64,000 nucleotides of DNA from Lytechinus pictus (GCF_037042905.1 NC_087252.1:22384001-22448000), one strand, 5' to 3'. Shown: positions 24,601-38,194, counted from the stretch's first letter. Translations and numbers: made by a program. The notes: a model not told the origin generated them from the sequence alone.

Positions 24601-27600
24601 CTTGAACCTGGCCTCAACTACATTCCAGCTAGAGAAGTTGTCTTGACGAATCCCTAAGGTTTTTATGACCACCCAAATTCAATAATATTGTATCCTTGTA
24701 TTGCTTTATATATTTGTTTATTCTATTGTTTCATCTTACCTTTCCTTGCCCCTTCATTGTTTTATATGTTACTTCTCTGTTTATATACTCTATATTGCTT
24801 TTTATTGGTATTAAATAGGATATTGAATTGAATTGACATTTCTTGTTATGTGCATGTACATGTCAATAATAATAGGTTCAATTCTATAGCACTCTTACAA
24901 AGTAACAGCATTTTTACAGGCTTAATATAAATGACAAGGATGATGAACAGCAAAAAAGTTTTACAAAATTAATTCATCTGTTTAATCAACCAAAGTGTGT
25001 TGGGGGGGGGGGGAAAGAAATCTGACCCCTCGACCTTTTGCACCATATTTTCACAACACATAATGAAGCTGACGCTGTGCTGTCCTGTGTTTCATGTTTC
25101 TTTTCTTTCAAGAATTGCACAGCTCTTGGATGTGAGATTTTATGCATATGTCATAATCAGATAGCGCCCTCCCTCAGAGGATATAGGAATACATGTAAAA
25201 AGAGTTGTCAGAGATACGCCAGCTGCAGATAACAAACCCTTGCAAGGCAAAAGCTTCAGCCTCTTGAGATGGCGGAGCAATGACGTAATGCATAAGGTCT
25301 ACGGTCAACTTACCGAACGGTAACCATCCGGCGTGGGCCCGAAGAGGCGTGGATGTCAGGCACGAGCGAGAGCATGCGCTTGATGTTGGCTTTCCACTGA
25401 AACTTCTCTGTGTTGATAAACAACATTGGCTGTTTGACATTGAGGTGACTTTCAGCCAGAGGAAACATCCATGCATCGAATGCTACCCCACATCTGAAAG
25501 AGAGAGAGAAGGGTAAATTGACCTTCGTGCACTGTGTTCATACCTACAGTGCCGTACTTTGTTCAAAGGAAGCAAGTTACAAAAGTATCATTTGTTGTAA
25601 ATTGGCAATGTGCTGTCATTTACATAGGTGTCAATGCAATTTAAAAGAATGTTTTCTTCAATATCTTTCCACAGAGCGATCATTTCTTCCCCAAATTTTG
25701 CAACATACAAAGGGTGTTTCAGAAACAGCAATAACTCAAATTTGACTGATGTGTCACTTGCTTCCTTTTGCCAAAGTTGGGCAGTACACATTCATACTGT
25801 TGAATGAAAAGAACTACACCCAAGTTAAACCTTTGAAGACCATAGAAATTTGTTTGACTTTAAATTGGAAAATGCTTTGCATAATCTGGTCCAATAATTT
25901 GCTTCAATTTGTGTGAATTTTCGACTTAGGCAAGGTCAACTTCTGCAAGTTCTCCTGTTTTGTAACCTCTGTAAAATGGACCTAAAAGTAAGAAAATTGC
26001 ATCAATAATTGTGTGCTCCATTGATGACACTGAGTATCACTACTACATAACAACCCCTTCAAATGAAAGGAGTGAAGCTTGATATTAAATATCCCTCTAA
26101 AATCACCAATAGAAAGAAAAAGGGAAAAAACAATTTAAAAAAATGGAAGAGAATGGTAAAGTATAAATAGGAAGAGAAAGGAGAAGGAAGATAAAGGAAA
26201 GAAACATGAAGATGATGGAGGGAAAAATGGAGTAAATGAAAAGAAGAATTCAGTTTAAATAGAGGAAAAATAAAAGGAAATGAACAAAAATGTGAGAGGA
26301 AATTAAGAATTACAACAGCAAGAATAAAAATAAGAGAAAGAAAAAAAGAGGGGAAAACATATCATATTCGAATATATTCATTATATTTCTTACTTGAATC
26401 TATCATCTCTACTCAGGCAGGCAATGGTTGTAGCACCACCGAATGAATGACCACACACTGCTACATCACTTAAATCCATACGACCCTGGTAAAAAAAAAT
26501 TTAATCATATTGGAACATAGTGAAAGCTTGATGAGAAGTATTCTGACAAAAAGAAATGAAAGAGAAATAAAACAAAGAAAAATATTAGAAATTTGAGCAA
26601 GTAGTTCTTCCTCAAGGGCAAGCAATTTTTATCAATACCCTGCACTTTTGGGCAAGTGATTAAAACAAAAAAGTCACTAAAGTTAATTAAGTATTAAGAA
26701 TTGCATTGGTGCCCTTCAAAAATTTTGAAAATTGCCTAGGTGCCCTGAAAAAAAATCGCGAAATTGCCAAGGTGATATCATATGGATTTTCATAGGCGAT
26801 TTTACAAATGCCCTTAAAAAACCTGCCTTGCCCTCCAAATAAAAGGGCTTACTGCAAGGGCTGGTCAAAATGCCCTCAGCTACGGCTCAGGCAGGAAAGA
26901 TCTGGTCAAAGGGTACCTCTTGCATGTAATACCATCGATGATAACCATTATTTGCATATCAGTCATTGCTAGTAAGAAGTTGGTAGCTGTGTTATTATTT
27001 TCATTATTCAAGATTATGTTACAGATTGAAATACAAGAAAGTTTTTGCACCGGGATGCAGGACACTTTCAAGAACATAGAAAATGTATTGTCAAATGTCC
27101 TTCATGATAAAGATCAACCAAGAAGTCGAAAATCGGTGAATCAAAAAGGCACTTTCGTCCTGGACTCTGGACAAACAACATATTTGCAACTTTTTAGTCA
27201 GCTCCGAAACTCACGACATACCTCCTCTTCCGATTTACTCATTTTCGACAAAGACCTCCCAGTCGCTCATTGTCATTTGACAGGCATTTTCTATATATAT
27301 TAATGGTGTTGAGTAGAAGAAGTAACCAGTTGTCTCACGATGTATCAAACGTAGTATGAAAGCGAACTTTCGTCTGCAAGCTGCTGCTAGACTTCGCCCA
27401 ACGAAATCTAGCAGCTTGCAGACGAAACGTCGCTTTCCTACTACGTGTGATACATCGTGAGACAACAGGTTATTTCTATTCAATCCTTCACCACGATGAA
27501 CCTCTTTCACATCATTAATGGTGTTCTTAGATTCGTTTTGCACTGCGGTGTGAACACTCTGGCCTGTATTCTAAACTCAGGTGTAAATAAAACTATGGAT

Positions 27601-30600
27601 AGCCGATTGTGGCACAACTTTCTATGAGTGCGTGTTTAATTCATCAGCTCATTTGACACACAAATCATTCATAATTGTCTGGGAATGTTTACTGATAAAT
27701 TGTTTTCATCATGAAAGCCAAGGAGAAACAAAATAAATATACAATATAAATAAAACTTAAGATATTTTGGCTTTTCATAATTTCAAAACAGATTTAGACC
27801 ATGGTCTATTAAAGTTAAACGGGACTTCAGATTACGGGAACTCTGTTATTACCTGAAAGACAGTAAGATCCATATCTGGATCAAGATCATTCTCTAAATG
27901 TTCTCCTTCATCTAGATCCTGAAGGTAGTCTAGTACTGCTATACATTCCTCCTTCCTCTGGTTAACCTACAGGACAGGCATACAAATCTAAATGATTTAC
28001 TTAGATAAAGGTATTTAATATATAATTACCAACTACTTTAAGTCATTACTTTGTTATATAGATGCTTATTTGTTTATTTCAATCATTTATCAATTTGTTT
28101 GTAGATGTTTCTTCTTTTTTTTGTCTTTGATAATATATTTTTTCATTCATTTACTCATTCCTTCTTTCATTCATTCCATTAATCACTCACTCAATCGATC
28201 AATTATTCATTCATTCATTAAATCTTTCATTCAGTAATTCTTTTAATCATTAATCCATTAATTTATCCATTCATTCAATTAATCAAATCCAATCTTCCTT
28301 CCTTCCTTGTGTATACTCCCTACCCCCAAGAAAAAAAAAATTTCACCTGTCTTGTGCGTAGCTCCTGCTCCTCATACGCTGCTTTGTGATATGTAATCCA
28401 CTGCTGGTCAAACTCATTGGCCGTTCCATTGCTATTGTTGTTATTGATGATGAACGATGCACAAGCAGATTGATCTCTGCAATGTTAAGAGTTAGACAAA
28501 AATGCTGATTAATTTGTGTTGATATTGTGTTTTTTTTTTATTTCATCTATATCTATGTATTAATAGGAGTGGGCTATACATGGGTCAAAAATACTTTTTT
28601 GGTAATTTCAATATGACAACAGTTTTTTTTTATTCCTTGCAATGTATCTCAACATGAAATGACAATATTTTTTGTCTCGGGTCGGAGAAAAAAGTGTGCC
28701 GGGCCAAAATCCAAAATGGCCGCCAAAACCCCCCAAAATCACAGTTTTGGCCACAACTTTTTTATTTGGTGGTCAATTTCTCTGGTTTTGGTGTCTATTC
28801 ATATGTTTTTGGGGGGCAGGCAATTTGTTTTTCCTATAATTAGTACTTTTAAACCATTATTTGTAGAGTTAAAAGGTAATTATACCTAAATTTTCCAATT
28901 TTTGTTGCCTTTTTTCAGCCAAAAAGTAGGTTTTATCATCCCAGGGTTCTGGGATATTAGATGGTACGAGGTCAACAATAGCAAGCAGCTTCATATAGCT
29001 ATATTGCTTTTATTCCTCCACTTTAGGTTTTACAGATATTTGTGAAATATATCTTATTAAATAAAAAAATGTCAATTATCCATTGGGGCTATACAGTATA
29101 CATATGTACAATGTACTGTACATACATACTGCACTGCATAAATGCATTGGCCACCATGACAGATAACAAGGCTTGTATAAACTATAGTGTCATAGAAATG
29201 AGCTCTCAGGTTTAGAATTAGATGCCTCAGAAATTGAAGATATGTTTTGTCTCAGAAATTGAGGACATGTTTTGTCAAATATGCTAATTCAGGGGGCGGA
29301 GAGAGGTAATTTACACTGTAGCTATTCTGGGCCCCGTTGCATAAAAATTTACCATTATGTTAACTTAACTTAATGGTAACTTGTATGCAATCCTTTATTC
29401 TGATTGGCTGTTGATCAGCGTTACCATGATACTAGTAGTTACCTGACCCCATAAACATACATGTAGGCCAGTTAGACACCAGAACCAGGTTTAAAAAAAG
29501 CCTCTAAATGAAGAAGATATGGCTAAAAATGTGATGTACGTATATATACATGTATGTGATATTTACATGTGTAAGTGTAATTTACGTTGCTGGTTTCACC
29601 ATGTACATCAGCTGACAAGGAATCAAATTCACAATCTAATTCTAAACCTTTGAAGCTCATTTCTATGTCACTATAGTTTATATACAGGCCTTGTCATATG
29701 CCATGGTGGTCAATGCATGGATATATGCAGTGTAGTATGTACAGTGCATTATACACCATATAGCCCCTAAGGATAAATGAGATTTTCTTTTATTTGACAA
29801 GATATATTTCACAAATATTCGTAAAACCCAAAGTGGAGGAATAAAAGCAATATAGTTACATTATGCTGCTTGCTATTGTTGACCTCGTACCATCTAATAT
29901 TCCAGAACCCCAGGATGATAAAACCCACTTTTTGGCTGAAAAAAGGGCTACAAAATGGAAAAATGTAGGTATAATTACCTTCTAACTCTACAAATAATGG
30001 TTTAAAAGTACTAATTATAGGAAAAACAAATTGCCTGCCCCCAAAAACATATGAATAGACACCAAAACCAGAGAAAATGACCACCAAATAAAAAAGTTGT
30101 GGCCAAAACTGTGATTTTTGGGGGTTTTGGCGGCCATTTTGGATTTTGGCCAGGCACACTTTTTTCTCGGACCCGAGACAAAAAATATTGTCATTTCATG
30201 TTGAGATAAGGTAAAAGGAACACAAAAAAACTGTTCCCACAGTAAAACCAAAAATCACCCATTTATAGCCCACTCCTAGTATTAATCCATTCATTCAGTC
30301 AGTCAGTTCTTCATTCACTCATTCATTCTTTCATTCGTTCGTTTGGTCAGTCAGCCCGTCATTCATTTTTTTCATTCATTCCTTATATCATTTGTTTGTT
30401 GATTTATTCATTCATTCATTAAATCATTACATCATTCATTTGTTCATTCATTCATTCATTCAGTCAGTTTATAGTCAGGCGTTTGTTCACTTAATACATT
30501 AATTCATCCATTCATTCATTCATTCATTTTGTTCATTCATTTATGAAATCATTACATCATTTGTTTTTACACTCGTTCATTCATTCATCCATCCATCTAT

Positions 30601-33600
30601 CCATCAATGATCCATCCATTCACTCACTCTAACAATAATGCTACTTGCTAGATACCTGTGTTCCACCGCTGCTACAATACATCCGTGAGATGCAATATCC
30701 ATACATATACTGGTGTATGTTGTCCTACAGCCACCAAGTCCATGGCTGAAGATGATGACTGGATACTTGGTCTTGGAATCACTCAGTTTACCGTGCCAAC
30801 AGACAGGCAATGTGACTTTCGCTGCAACAAACAAGACAAGAGAAAGAGTAAACTGAACAAATTAATAATGTGTGTGGTAGCTCATTGCGTGTGTGTTATG
30901 AATACATGTAGGTAGTCTTAGAATAAACCTTTTGAAATATCCCTTAACCCTTTCCATGCGTACTTCGCTCCAATGCACACTTAATGCCGTGCAAACTTCA
31001 CATTTCACGCTCAAGCAACGCATTGTTTCCCTTCCCTGAAAATAATACAGCACATAGGGGTTCATGGCCCAGCACACAAAGAGTTTAATAGTACCAAGAA
31101 ACCAGCCTATCATTTTATTTGTAGAAGGAAAATGAAATATTTTGTGGAAAAAAGTAGTTTTTGCTACTTGGTAGCATAACAAAACTTTATCTTATCTCTC
31201 CCCACTTAATATCTAAACTTTCATACTTTTTATTTCGTGGCATCATTTTCTCGAAATATATTTATAACCTATTTCGGTTCCCATGTAGCAATCCCTCATG
31301 GCTGCTATTGTTTCACGTAGTTACCTGCTTATTATAGCTGGCCCCTGCATTTTTACCCAACATCAAGTGACCATAGCTGCAAGGATCGCAATTGTTATAT
31401 TCTGGGTTTTGACACTGCGTTGTATTGTCAAAAATGGCGTTATATTCACTAAAGTGATGTCACTTGCTGCTTACAAGTTGCATAATCAGGTAATTTATTT
31501 GATGTAAGAGCTAGTGTTAATGTGTCGATTGCATGAAGAATGCGCTTGCTGTATTTTCAAAATGTTTCTATTATGACGTAGATGGATCAGAGCTGCAGCA
31601 AGAATTTTGGGTTAATCATAGAGTCAGATGATGAATGCATTCTCTGATGGCAAATCCATATTGCCTGGTCTATCTTTTTAATACATAACATTTCAACTGC
31701 CCTCCGAAGCTATATTTTTACCTTGGGAGAATATTTTCCCTCAGCGCTGCGTGCTTCAGGCAAAATATAATCCCTTGGGAAAAATATAACTCCGTCAGGG
31801 AGAGGATATGTTATATTTAAACTCTAGGTAGGCAATATCTGTATAATATGCTGCACCTACCAGAATAATATAACATTGGGTAGTTCTTAGGTTAATAGAA
31901 TGTTATTGCAACCCTTGCCCCCATCCCCCCCCCCCCCAAACAAAATAGGGACTTAAAGCTTTGGCCCCTTTTCGGTGGAAGGGTTCATTTATTTCATGAC
32001 TCAGTGACTATGTAGCAGCTCTTAAAAACATATTGGATATCTTCTAGTAAGAAGTGCCTTTGGCAATAAGATACATTACATCAAAATATGTTTAAAATAT
32101 GTTAAAATATGTATGGAAGTTTCTAAAAGGAATATGTTTTGTAGGTACAAATGTGCAACCAAAAAATGTACAGTCCGTCTTCTCTTATCCGGCCTCCCCT
32201 TTACCGGAGCTCTCTATTATCAAGACACACACTTGCCTGGATTTTTTTATTTTTATTTAGTACGTGGGGAAATGAGATTTCAATCTAAACTCAAAATTCC
32301 AGAGCAAATTCACTTTGATTACATTTCAAATATAGTCTACCTACAACCACATTATATTTTGTGAAAATATCTTACCTAAATCACCCCAAAATCTTAGACA
32401 GGATAATTTTCCAGTAAATCAGGACACAGCACAACCATTTCATTGAGTTTTCGTTTTTTCCGGGAAAAAACAACACCTGTCTCACTAGCTAGCGCTAGGC
32501 CTCGATACGGACAGTGCCGTCTATCCTGTTTGAGCCTACAGTCATAACAATGGCTGACTTTGTGAAGCTCAATGCTCGCCGCAATAATCCAATTTTAAAA
32601 CTTAGTTTCATCAAGTCTTTCTCTTTCTTTCGAGGTAAGCTCGATGTATAGGCCTGTCTCAATCATTTCAGCAGGTAAATTATCCAAGAGTTTCGGTAAC
32701 CAATCAATTTCATTTCCGAAAAAAACGCCCATAATTTGCACTGACACTGCAGTGAATACTGTCTGTGTACGCCCACTACAATAGATTACCCGTGGCTACC
32801 ATTGGGGAGGCAGTTGCGTGTGTATTAATATTAAATAAATTCCTTATTATATTAAATAAATCCCTTATCCGGATTGGTCCTGGTCCCAACGTGTCCGGAT
32901 AAGAGAAGGTGGACTGTATTAAAAAAGATAGGGACACAAAAACTGTATGAAATGTGCTTATAATTGTAGAAAATAAATCTGATATTCTGTATTGTACCTG
33001 AAACTAGAAAGGACCTCATTATAAAAAATGTCAAACCATTTTTCAATTATCAATCACTTACATAGCAGCCACTTGAGGGTTACCCCAGCAAGCTTCTTGC
33101 CCACAACTGCCCCATAACCCTTGGCATACTGGGTGCCTGGGAGCCAAGGGGGCCTTGCTTTCTTAGGGGGGCCACCTGGAACCTTCTCCATCGGGTAGAA
33201 CAGCCGGAAGAACACCCTAGAATGAGATTACAATATTGTTTTAAAGATAGATGAAAGTAGTTGCAGTAAACAACAAGAAAGTCTTTACTTTTTATGTAAG
33301 CATCCATAAGATAGAGTCAAATGGTCTTCATTAAGGCTTGGTCCCACTGCACTTACGGATGCAGAGAGGATATAAACGGACAAGAATCTTGCCATCCATT
33401 TGAAAACATTATGTATCCGTTGTATGCTCTTTGCATACGTGTTTCATTATGAATATGTTTTGTGTCTGTCAGCCAGTGGGACCAGGGCTTTAAGTTTAAC
33501 TACAGAAATTCAGTTAACTATATTTGACCCTGGCAGTCCAGTGGGTGCTAAATCTGTCCTGTTACATTCATTATGTGCTGTATTACATTGTACCAATTTG

Positions 33601-36224
33601 ATATACTTTTCATTGCCAAAATAAAATAATAAGTCTGTAAAACCAAGATTAAATGTCACTCTATCATCGTGAATCTACATCTGGTACAGTTTTGAACATT
33701 GTGAAATCATGACATCTAAACTGAAAAAATGATCACGCTGTGGTTCGCCAACACAGATAGGCACATGTGGGACTGTGTATAATCATTGCTTGGAAAAAGG
33801 CCTGACATTTGGCTCGAAACCAATGCTTATTTTGCTAATTTCTCAGCAATTTACAAATTTTCTTCCAAAATCCTTTGGCACCTACTTTATTTATGCAAAC
33901 AGAAATGTAGGTGGTCATTTTATCGTTGTATTTTCATTTTGAAGTGGCATTTATCTTTAAATCAAACAATGAGAAATCTGCAACCAATTAAAAGAAATAC
34001 TTGCAATACATGGAATTTAAAGTTCAAGTCACCCCACAATAAATGAAAGTTTGTTTATCATCAGCTTCCTGACTGACTGGGATAATTTTGTAAAAACGAA
34101 TCAAACTTTAAAATGCCGACTTTCCTATAAATCTGCATCCACTTTTGATGAAATTTTCAGAGCTATCAGTCAATATGTTATTAGAGTGGACTGGCTTTTA
34201 AGAGTTAAAAAGTGTTTTTTTTTTCTAGTTGTTGTCTAATTCTAAATCCCTTATATTCAACATGCAGCCTAATTTTCTCACTTGTTCAAATTTATTTGAT
34301 TTTTAGCAATCAATTAGGAAATAAAGAAATTATTAAGTCAATATACAAATTTTACATTGATTTTCATGATTTTTCATTGTAATTTTCATAATTCATTTGT
34401 TGCCCTGAATAGGCTGACAAGTGGAACGCCTCTGGCAGTCTCGCCTGCATTACGCGATTTAATATAGCAGCAGTGCTAACTTTGAGAACTACTATAAAAT
34501 AATCATTCACAAAAACTCCATTCATATAATGACATAATACCACGTTCATTGACCATAAATGACATTTGAACGGTGACTTAAGACTTGTCAACTACATCCA
34601 TGTCCACATTTCAATCACTCTATCTATAAACTTTCAAAGTTATGATGGCAATTCAACAATTACCCCAACATGGCCTAAGTTTATTGACCTTAACTGACCT
34701 TTGACCTTGGTTTTGTGACCTGAAACTCACAGGGGATGTTCAGTGATACTTGATTACTCTTATATCCCAAGTTTTATGAACTAGATCCATAAACTTTCAG
34801 AGTTAGGATGGTAATTTAACAAATACCCCCAACACGGCCAAAGTTCATTGACCTTAAATGACCATTGACCATGGTCATGTGACCTGAAACTCGCACATGA
34901 TGTTTGCTAATACTTGATTAACCTTATGTCCAAGTTTCATGAACTAGATCCATAAATTTTCAAAGTTATGATAGTAATTCAACAAATACCCCCAACTTGA
35001 CCAAAGTTCATTGACCCTAAATGACCTTTGACCTTGGTCACGTGACCTGAAACTCGAGCAGGATGTTCACTAATACTTGATTAACCTTATGCCTAAGTTA
35101 CATGAACTAGGTCCATATACTTTTTAAGTTATGATGTCATTTCAAAAACTTAACCTTCGGTTAAGATTTTGAAAATAATTCTCCCAACATGGTCAAAGTT
35201 CATTGACCCTAAATGACCTTTGACCTTGGTCATGTGACCTGAAACTCAGGCAGGATGAGTAGTATTACTTGATTAACCTTATGTCCAAGTTTCATGAACT
35301 AGGTCCATATACTTTCTAAGTTATGATGTCATTTCAAAAACTTAACCTTAGGTTAAGATTTGATGTTGACGCCGCCGCCGCCGTCGGAAAAGCGGCGCCT
35401 ATAGTCTCGCTCTGCTATGCAGGCGAGACAAAAAATTGTGTTTTCAATGATAATCTGTGAACCCCATATTTTTCAACTATTTTTGAATTCTGAGAATTTT
35501 GCCCGTTTGCACTTGGGTGGTAATTTTATTAGATTCTGTTCAAACTCATTTTGAGGTCGATTAATTTGAGGAAGATTGAATGAATAATAAGAAAGTTATG
35601 TGCATTTGAATATTGAGATCACTAAGGCCATGTAGATCCTCCCATTGGCAATGCGACCAAGATCTGTGATGTCACACACGTACAACTCCCTCATTACTTT
35701 AGTACTTATTTCACTTATAATTATATTCTCACTTTTATAGAGTCTATCACAAGGTGAGGTGTTCTCTTTATGAGAGGACAAGTACAGAGGTTTCACAACA
35801 TTATATCATTGATGAATCATTTTGTCATATGATTAGAATGAGCAAAAAGAGATGTTTTGGGGTATATTTTCACTGTCCAAAAGGGGAGAGTTGTTCATCT
35901 GTGACATCATAGATCTTGGTCGCATTGCCAAAAGGAGGATCTCCATACCATTAGTGATCTCGACATTCAAATGCTCATAACTCTTCTATTGCTAGTCCTA
36001 TTTTACTCAAACTTTTGTTGATCTTATTCTTTGATTTTTCTGCTTTAACAAAAGCTAACTTGCTCCAAGAGTTTCATTCTCCTTTAAACTCATTTTCCAG
36101 CATTCCATGCTAATACGTACCCCGATGTAGAAAGACCAGCCATGATATCTCCGCATCCAACCCCATACGGCCCTCTTCCTTCCGGTATACGACGGGGTGA
36201 ACGGCCCTGACTTCTGCTTGCCAT
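21522..36224 (-). CDS. PLA2G7/PAFAH2: Platelet-activating factor acetylhydrolase (group VII PLA2), 10 coding exons, 444 aa
   Basis: join(36224-36121,33216-33062,30821-30656,28476-28347,27966-27853,26485-26394,25493-25314,24048-23900,23071-22943,21637-21522). All introns are GT-AG with consistent phases. Motifs: GPYGVGC, FFRLFYP, IIFSHGLGG, VEHRDQSA, GHSFGGAT (catalytic Ser), FDAWMFPL (Asp), GTVHQSQSDF (His). Confidence 0.93.
22672..22929 (+). mobile_element. MITE adjoining a SINE head (SINE at about 22490-22670, minus strand)
   Basis: ggggcccgtcctacaaagagttgcgattgatc...atcgcaactctctgtaagaga; same family as 11867-12143. Confidence 0.75.
22943..23071 (-). CDS. PAF-AH coding exon 9 (DLQFIDETDGLVSSNDDLILIGTNVNLKEDEEIEPRKENGERR)
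   Basis: This is the only repeat copy that carries the donor G|gtaagc. LIGTNVN resembles the C-terminal segment of PAF-AHs. Confidence 0.8.
22973..23478. repeat. 134-bp tandem repeat (about 3.8 copies) made of the exon 9 acceptor and 5' exon part
   Basis: Units start at 22973, 23107, 23241 and 23375 and differ at only a few positions. Confidence 0.95.
23900..24048 (-). CDS. PAF-AH coding exon 8 (GTVHQSQSDF...FLSNYL; catalytic His)
   Basis: ttttcag| acceptor, G|gtatgt donor, frame continuous. Confidence 0.92.
25314..25493 (-). CDS. PAF-AH coding exon 7 (CGVAFDAWMFPL...RMVTVR; catalytic Asp)
   Basis: ctctttcag| acceptor, CG|gtaagt donor. Confidence 0.93.
26394..26485 (-). CDS. PAF-AH coding exon 6 (GRMDLSDVAVCGHSFGGATT; catalytic Ser)
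   Basis: GxSxG lipase motif, ttttaccag| acceptor, AA|gtaaga donor. Confidence 0.94.
27311..27513. mobile_element. Palindromic non-autonomous element (hairpin of about 170 nt)
   Basis: Inverted arms ...ttgtctcacgatgtatca...tgcaagctgct / agcagcttgca...tgatacatcgtgagacaa..., flanked by the direct repeat attaatggtgtt. Confidence 0.6.
27853..27966 (-). CDS. PAF-AH coding exon 5 (VNQRKEECIAVLDYL...TVFQ)
   Basis: cctgtag| acceptor, CAG|gtaata donor, phase 0-0. Confidence 0.92.
28347..28476 (-). CDS. PAF-AH coding exon 4 (DQSACASF...ELRTRQ)
   Basis: Completes VEHR|DQSA; CAG|gtgaaa donor. Confidence 0.92.
28564..30278. mobile_element. 1.7-kb foldback non-autonomous DNA transposon (hAT-like, 7-bp TSD)
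   Basis: TIR taggagtgggctata / tatagcccactccta; TSD GTATTAA at 28557-28563 and 30279-30285; internal inverted arms of about 600 bp (ORFs 28659+ and 30015- mirror each other). Confidence 0.88.
30286..30630 (+). repeat. (TTCA)n-type simple repeat (also at about 28140-28290)
   Basis: Runs of ttcattcattca. Confidence 0.85.
30656..30821 (-). CDS. PAF-AH coding exon 3 (KYPVIIFSHGLGGCRTTY...VAAVEHR)
   Basis: Hallmark PAF-AH oxyanion-hole region; ttgcag| acceptor, AG|gtatct donor. Confidence 0.95.
32171..32916. mobile_element. Tc1/mariner-pogo type non-autonomous element
   Basis: TA|cagtccgtcttctcttatccgg ... ccggataagagaaggtggactg|TA. Confidence 0.8.
33062..33216 (-). CDS. PAF-AH coding exon 2 (GVFFRLFYP...PWLPGTQYAKGY...LKWLL)
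   Basis: RLFYP and WLP motifs; attctag| acceptor, T|gtaagt donor. Confidence 0.92.
34417..35430 (+). mobile_element. HINE/Helentron-like non-autonomous element with internal tandem repeats
   Basis: 5' acaag; sub-terminal IR gtctcgcctgcat (34438) matching 3' atgcaggcgagac; 3' hairpin followed by an A-run; tandem units of about 120-180 bp containing tgacctttgaccttgg. Second copy at 39622-40574. Confidence 0.8.
35563..36087. mobile_element. Second (5'-truncated) copy of the 16401-17000 element
   Basis: Near-identical sequence ending gtttcattctcctttaa. Confidence 0.8.
36121..36224 (-). CDS. PAF-AH coding exon 1 (MASRSQGRSPRRIPEGRGPYGVGCGDIMAGLSTSG)
   Basis: Acceptor acag| just upstream (exon starts at 36235), GPYxVGC motif, GG|gtacgt donor. 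Confidence 0.9.
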
Positions 36225-36851
36225 CTTAGATGGACCTGTCTGTGTTTTAAAAAAAAAGGGAAAAAAAAACAATTTGAATTAGGGGGGCTACTTATAACCA
36301 TTTACTGCCTAAATATGCAACATTGGCAGGGAATAATTTTGCTTTACAAATTTGAATACTATTTTTGGTCATAAGAGAAAAGCTCTCACTATTAATGTAC
36401 AGTCCTACATGTATGTGACTTTATGAATAGCAGTCTTTCAAAAATGTGGAGCAAATTGCGGTGCGATACCAGGAAAATAATTCCCTGATTGGATAAGCTT
36501 TAACATTGCTAGGGTTTATAATTGATAGTCAATTGACAATGTCTAGTCCTATATTAAAACAAGATGTCATTCTGCTTCTTATTGTTCATGAATACAAGAT
36601 TTGAAAGATTAGGCATTATCTTGATCAGGACACTACAGCAAGACTTGTTCATGCATTCGTAATTAGCCATATTGATAATTGTAATGGCTACAGTTCTACA
36701 GCCTACATGTACATGCACAGCTGGCCTGGAGGCTCCTGGAGAGTAAAAATCAGTCTACTATACGTAGGCTTACTCTCCATGGAGAGTAAGCCTACGTACA
36801 TAGGAGACTGATTTTCACGGTCCAGGGGCCCCGTTTCTCAACACCGTCATA

Positions 36852-37355
36852 CAGGGCGTGACAAACCCGCTTGCCCGGGGCAAGTGAAAATGACGTGCGG
36901 GCAAGCATTTCTCAAAGTCAATTGCCCGATCGGGCAAGTGGTTGTTTTAAAAATGAACAAGATAAATTGAGTTAAGTTTAATAATTTTTTGATAAATTGC
37001 AATTATCGACCAATTATCTCTCATACAATGTCATACCAGTCAAAAAACAGTGGAAACATGTCAAATCAGCACCAATTTACCGACAAAAGGCGACAATTTA
37101 TCGCCAGCGGTCCCGTTCGATGGAGGCTGCCATCTTACTTTCTAAACTACAATGTGCGCATGCGCTACTAATCGACGAAGGAGCTAGCTGGGGAAACCCC
37201 TCTATCGCCCTCTGATCGCATGTACGGACGTACACGAGCAATCGCAATCGAGCCAGCCGAGTCTCGAGCTACACGTAGATCGCGCTGAATGCATGCAAGC
37301 TTCGGACTGACTCGGCCAGGACCAGACGTCCCATATTTTATTCATTTCTAAAACA

Positions 37356-37387
<32 letters not shown>

Positions 37388-38027
37388 AGAAACACCAAAT
37401 ATCATTAGGATTTTTGTTATATGATTGGATTGTTTTTATTTGCTTGAAGTTTGAACTTTTTCCTCTTTCTTTCTTTTCTATCCTTCTATCTTTCCTCCTT
37501 GCCCTTTTTTGTTACATATCTATTTTTATTTCCTGATCCTTTCTCTCTCTCTCTCTGTTCATTTTCTTTCTTTCCTTCTTTCTCGTACTTGCCTTCTTTA
37601 TTACATTCCCTTTTTTTTTTTCCGTCATTCCTTCTCCCTTCCACTCGTTTTTATTTTCGTTCTATCTCTCCTTCCATTATTTTCTTCTTTTTTTCATTCT
37701 GGCCTCCCTTCATTCTTTCCTCCCTCTCTTTCCTCCTTTCTTTCTTTCATTATTTATTTCATTTTGTCCTTATTCTTTTCCCTTATACTTTCTTTCCCTT
37801 TCTTCCTTCCTTCCTGTTTTCTTCTTTCTTTCCAAGCATGAAGGCCAGGACAACTTGAACAAGAGTCAAGAAAAAGAAATGCCAAGGGCAGCGCCAGTAA
37901 ATCAAGTTCAGCCAGGACAGAAAAGAATAATTAGGAGCAAAAGAATTTTTGAAAAAATCGGGCAAGCAAATTTTTTTATCACTTGCCCGACAGGGCAAGT
38001 GATGAATTTTTTTTTTGTAGAGGCCTG
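36852..38027. mobile_element. hAT-like non-autonomous element
   Basis: Termini cagggcgtgacaaa / tttgtagaggcctg, sub-terminal cttgccc..gggcaagt palindromes, 8-bp TSD CCGTCATA / CCATCATA. Confidence 0.7.
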
Positions 38028-38194
38028 CCATCATACATGTAAGTCTAGATCAGAGATAGTGAGCTACTTGTCCGTTTCATGAAGCCCTCTGCGCCAAGAT
38101 CGGGGACAACAACCGACTATTAATATTTATGACACCTCCGAACCTGTCATAACTTTTTTCTAATGACGTAGTGGCATCACATGGGTAGACTATG

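Noticed and set aside
37451..37858. Hydrophobic Phe/Ser/Leu-rich ORFs
   Set aside because: Translation of a polypyrimidine tract inside a transposon.
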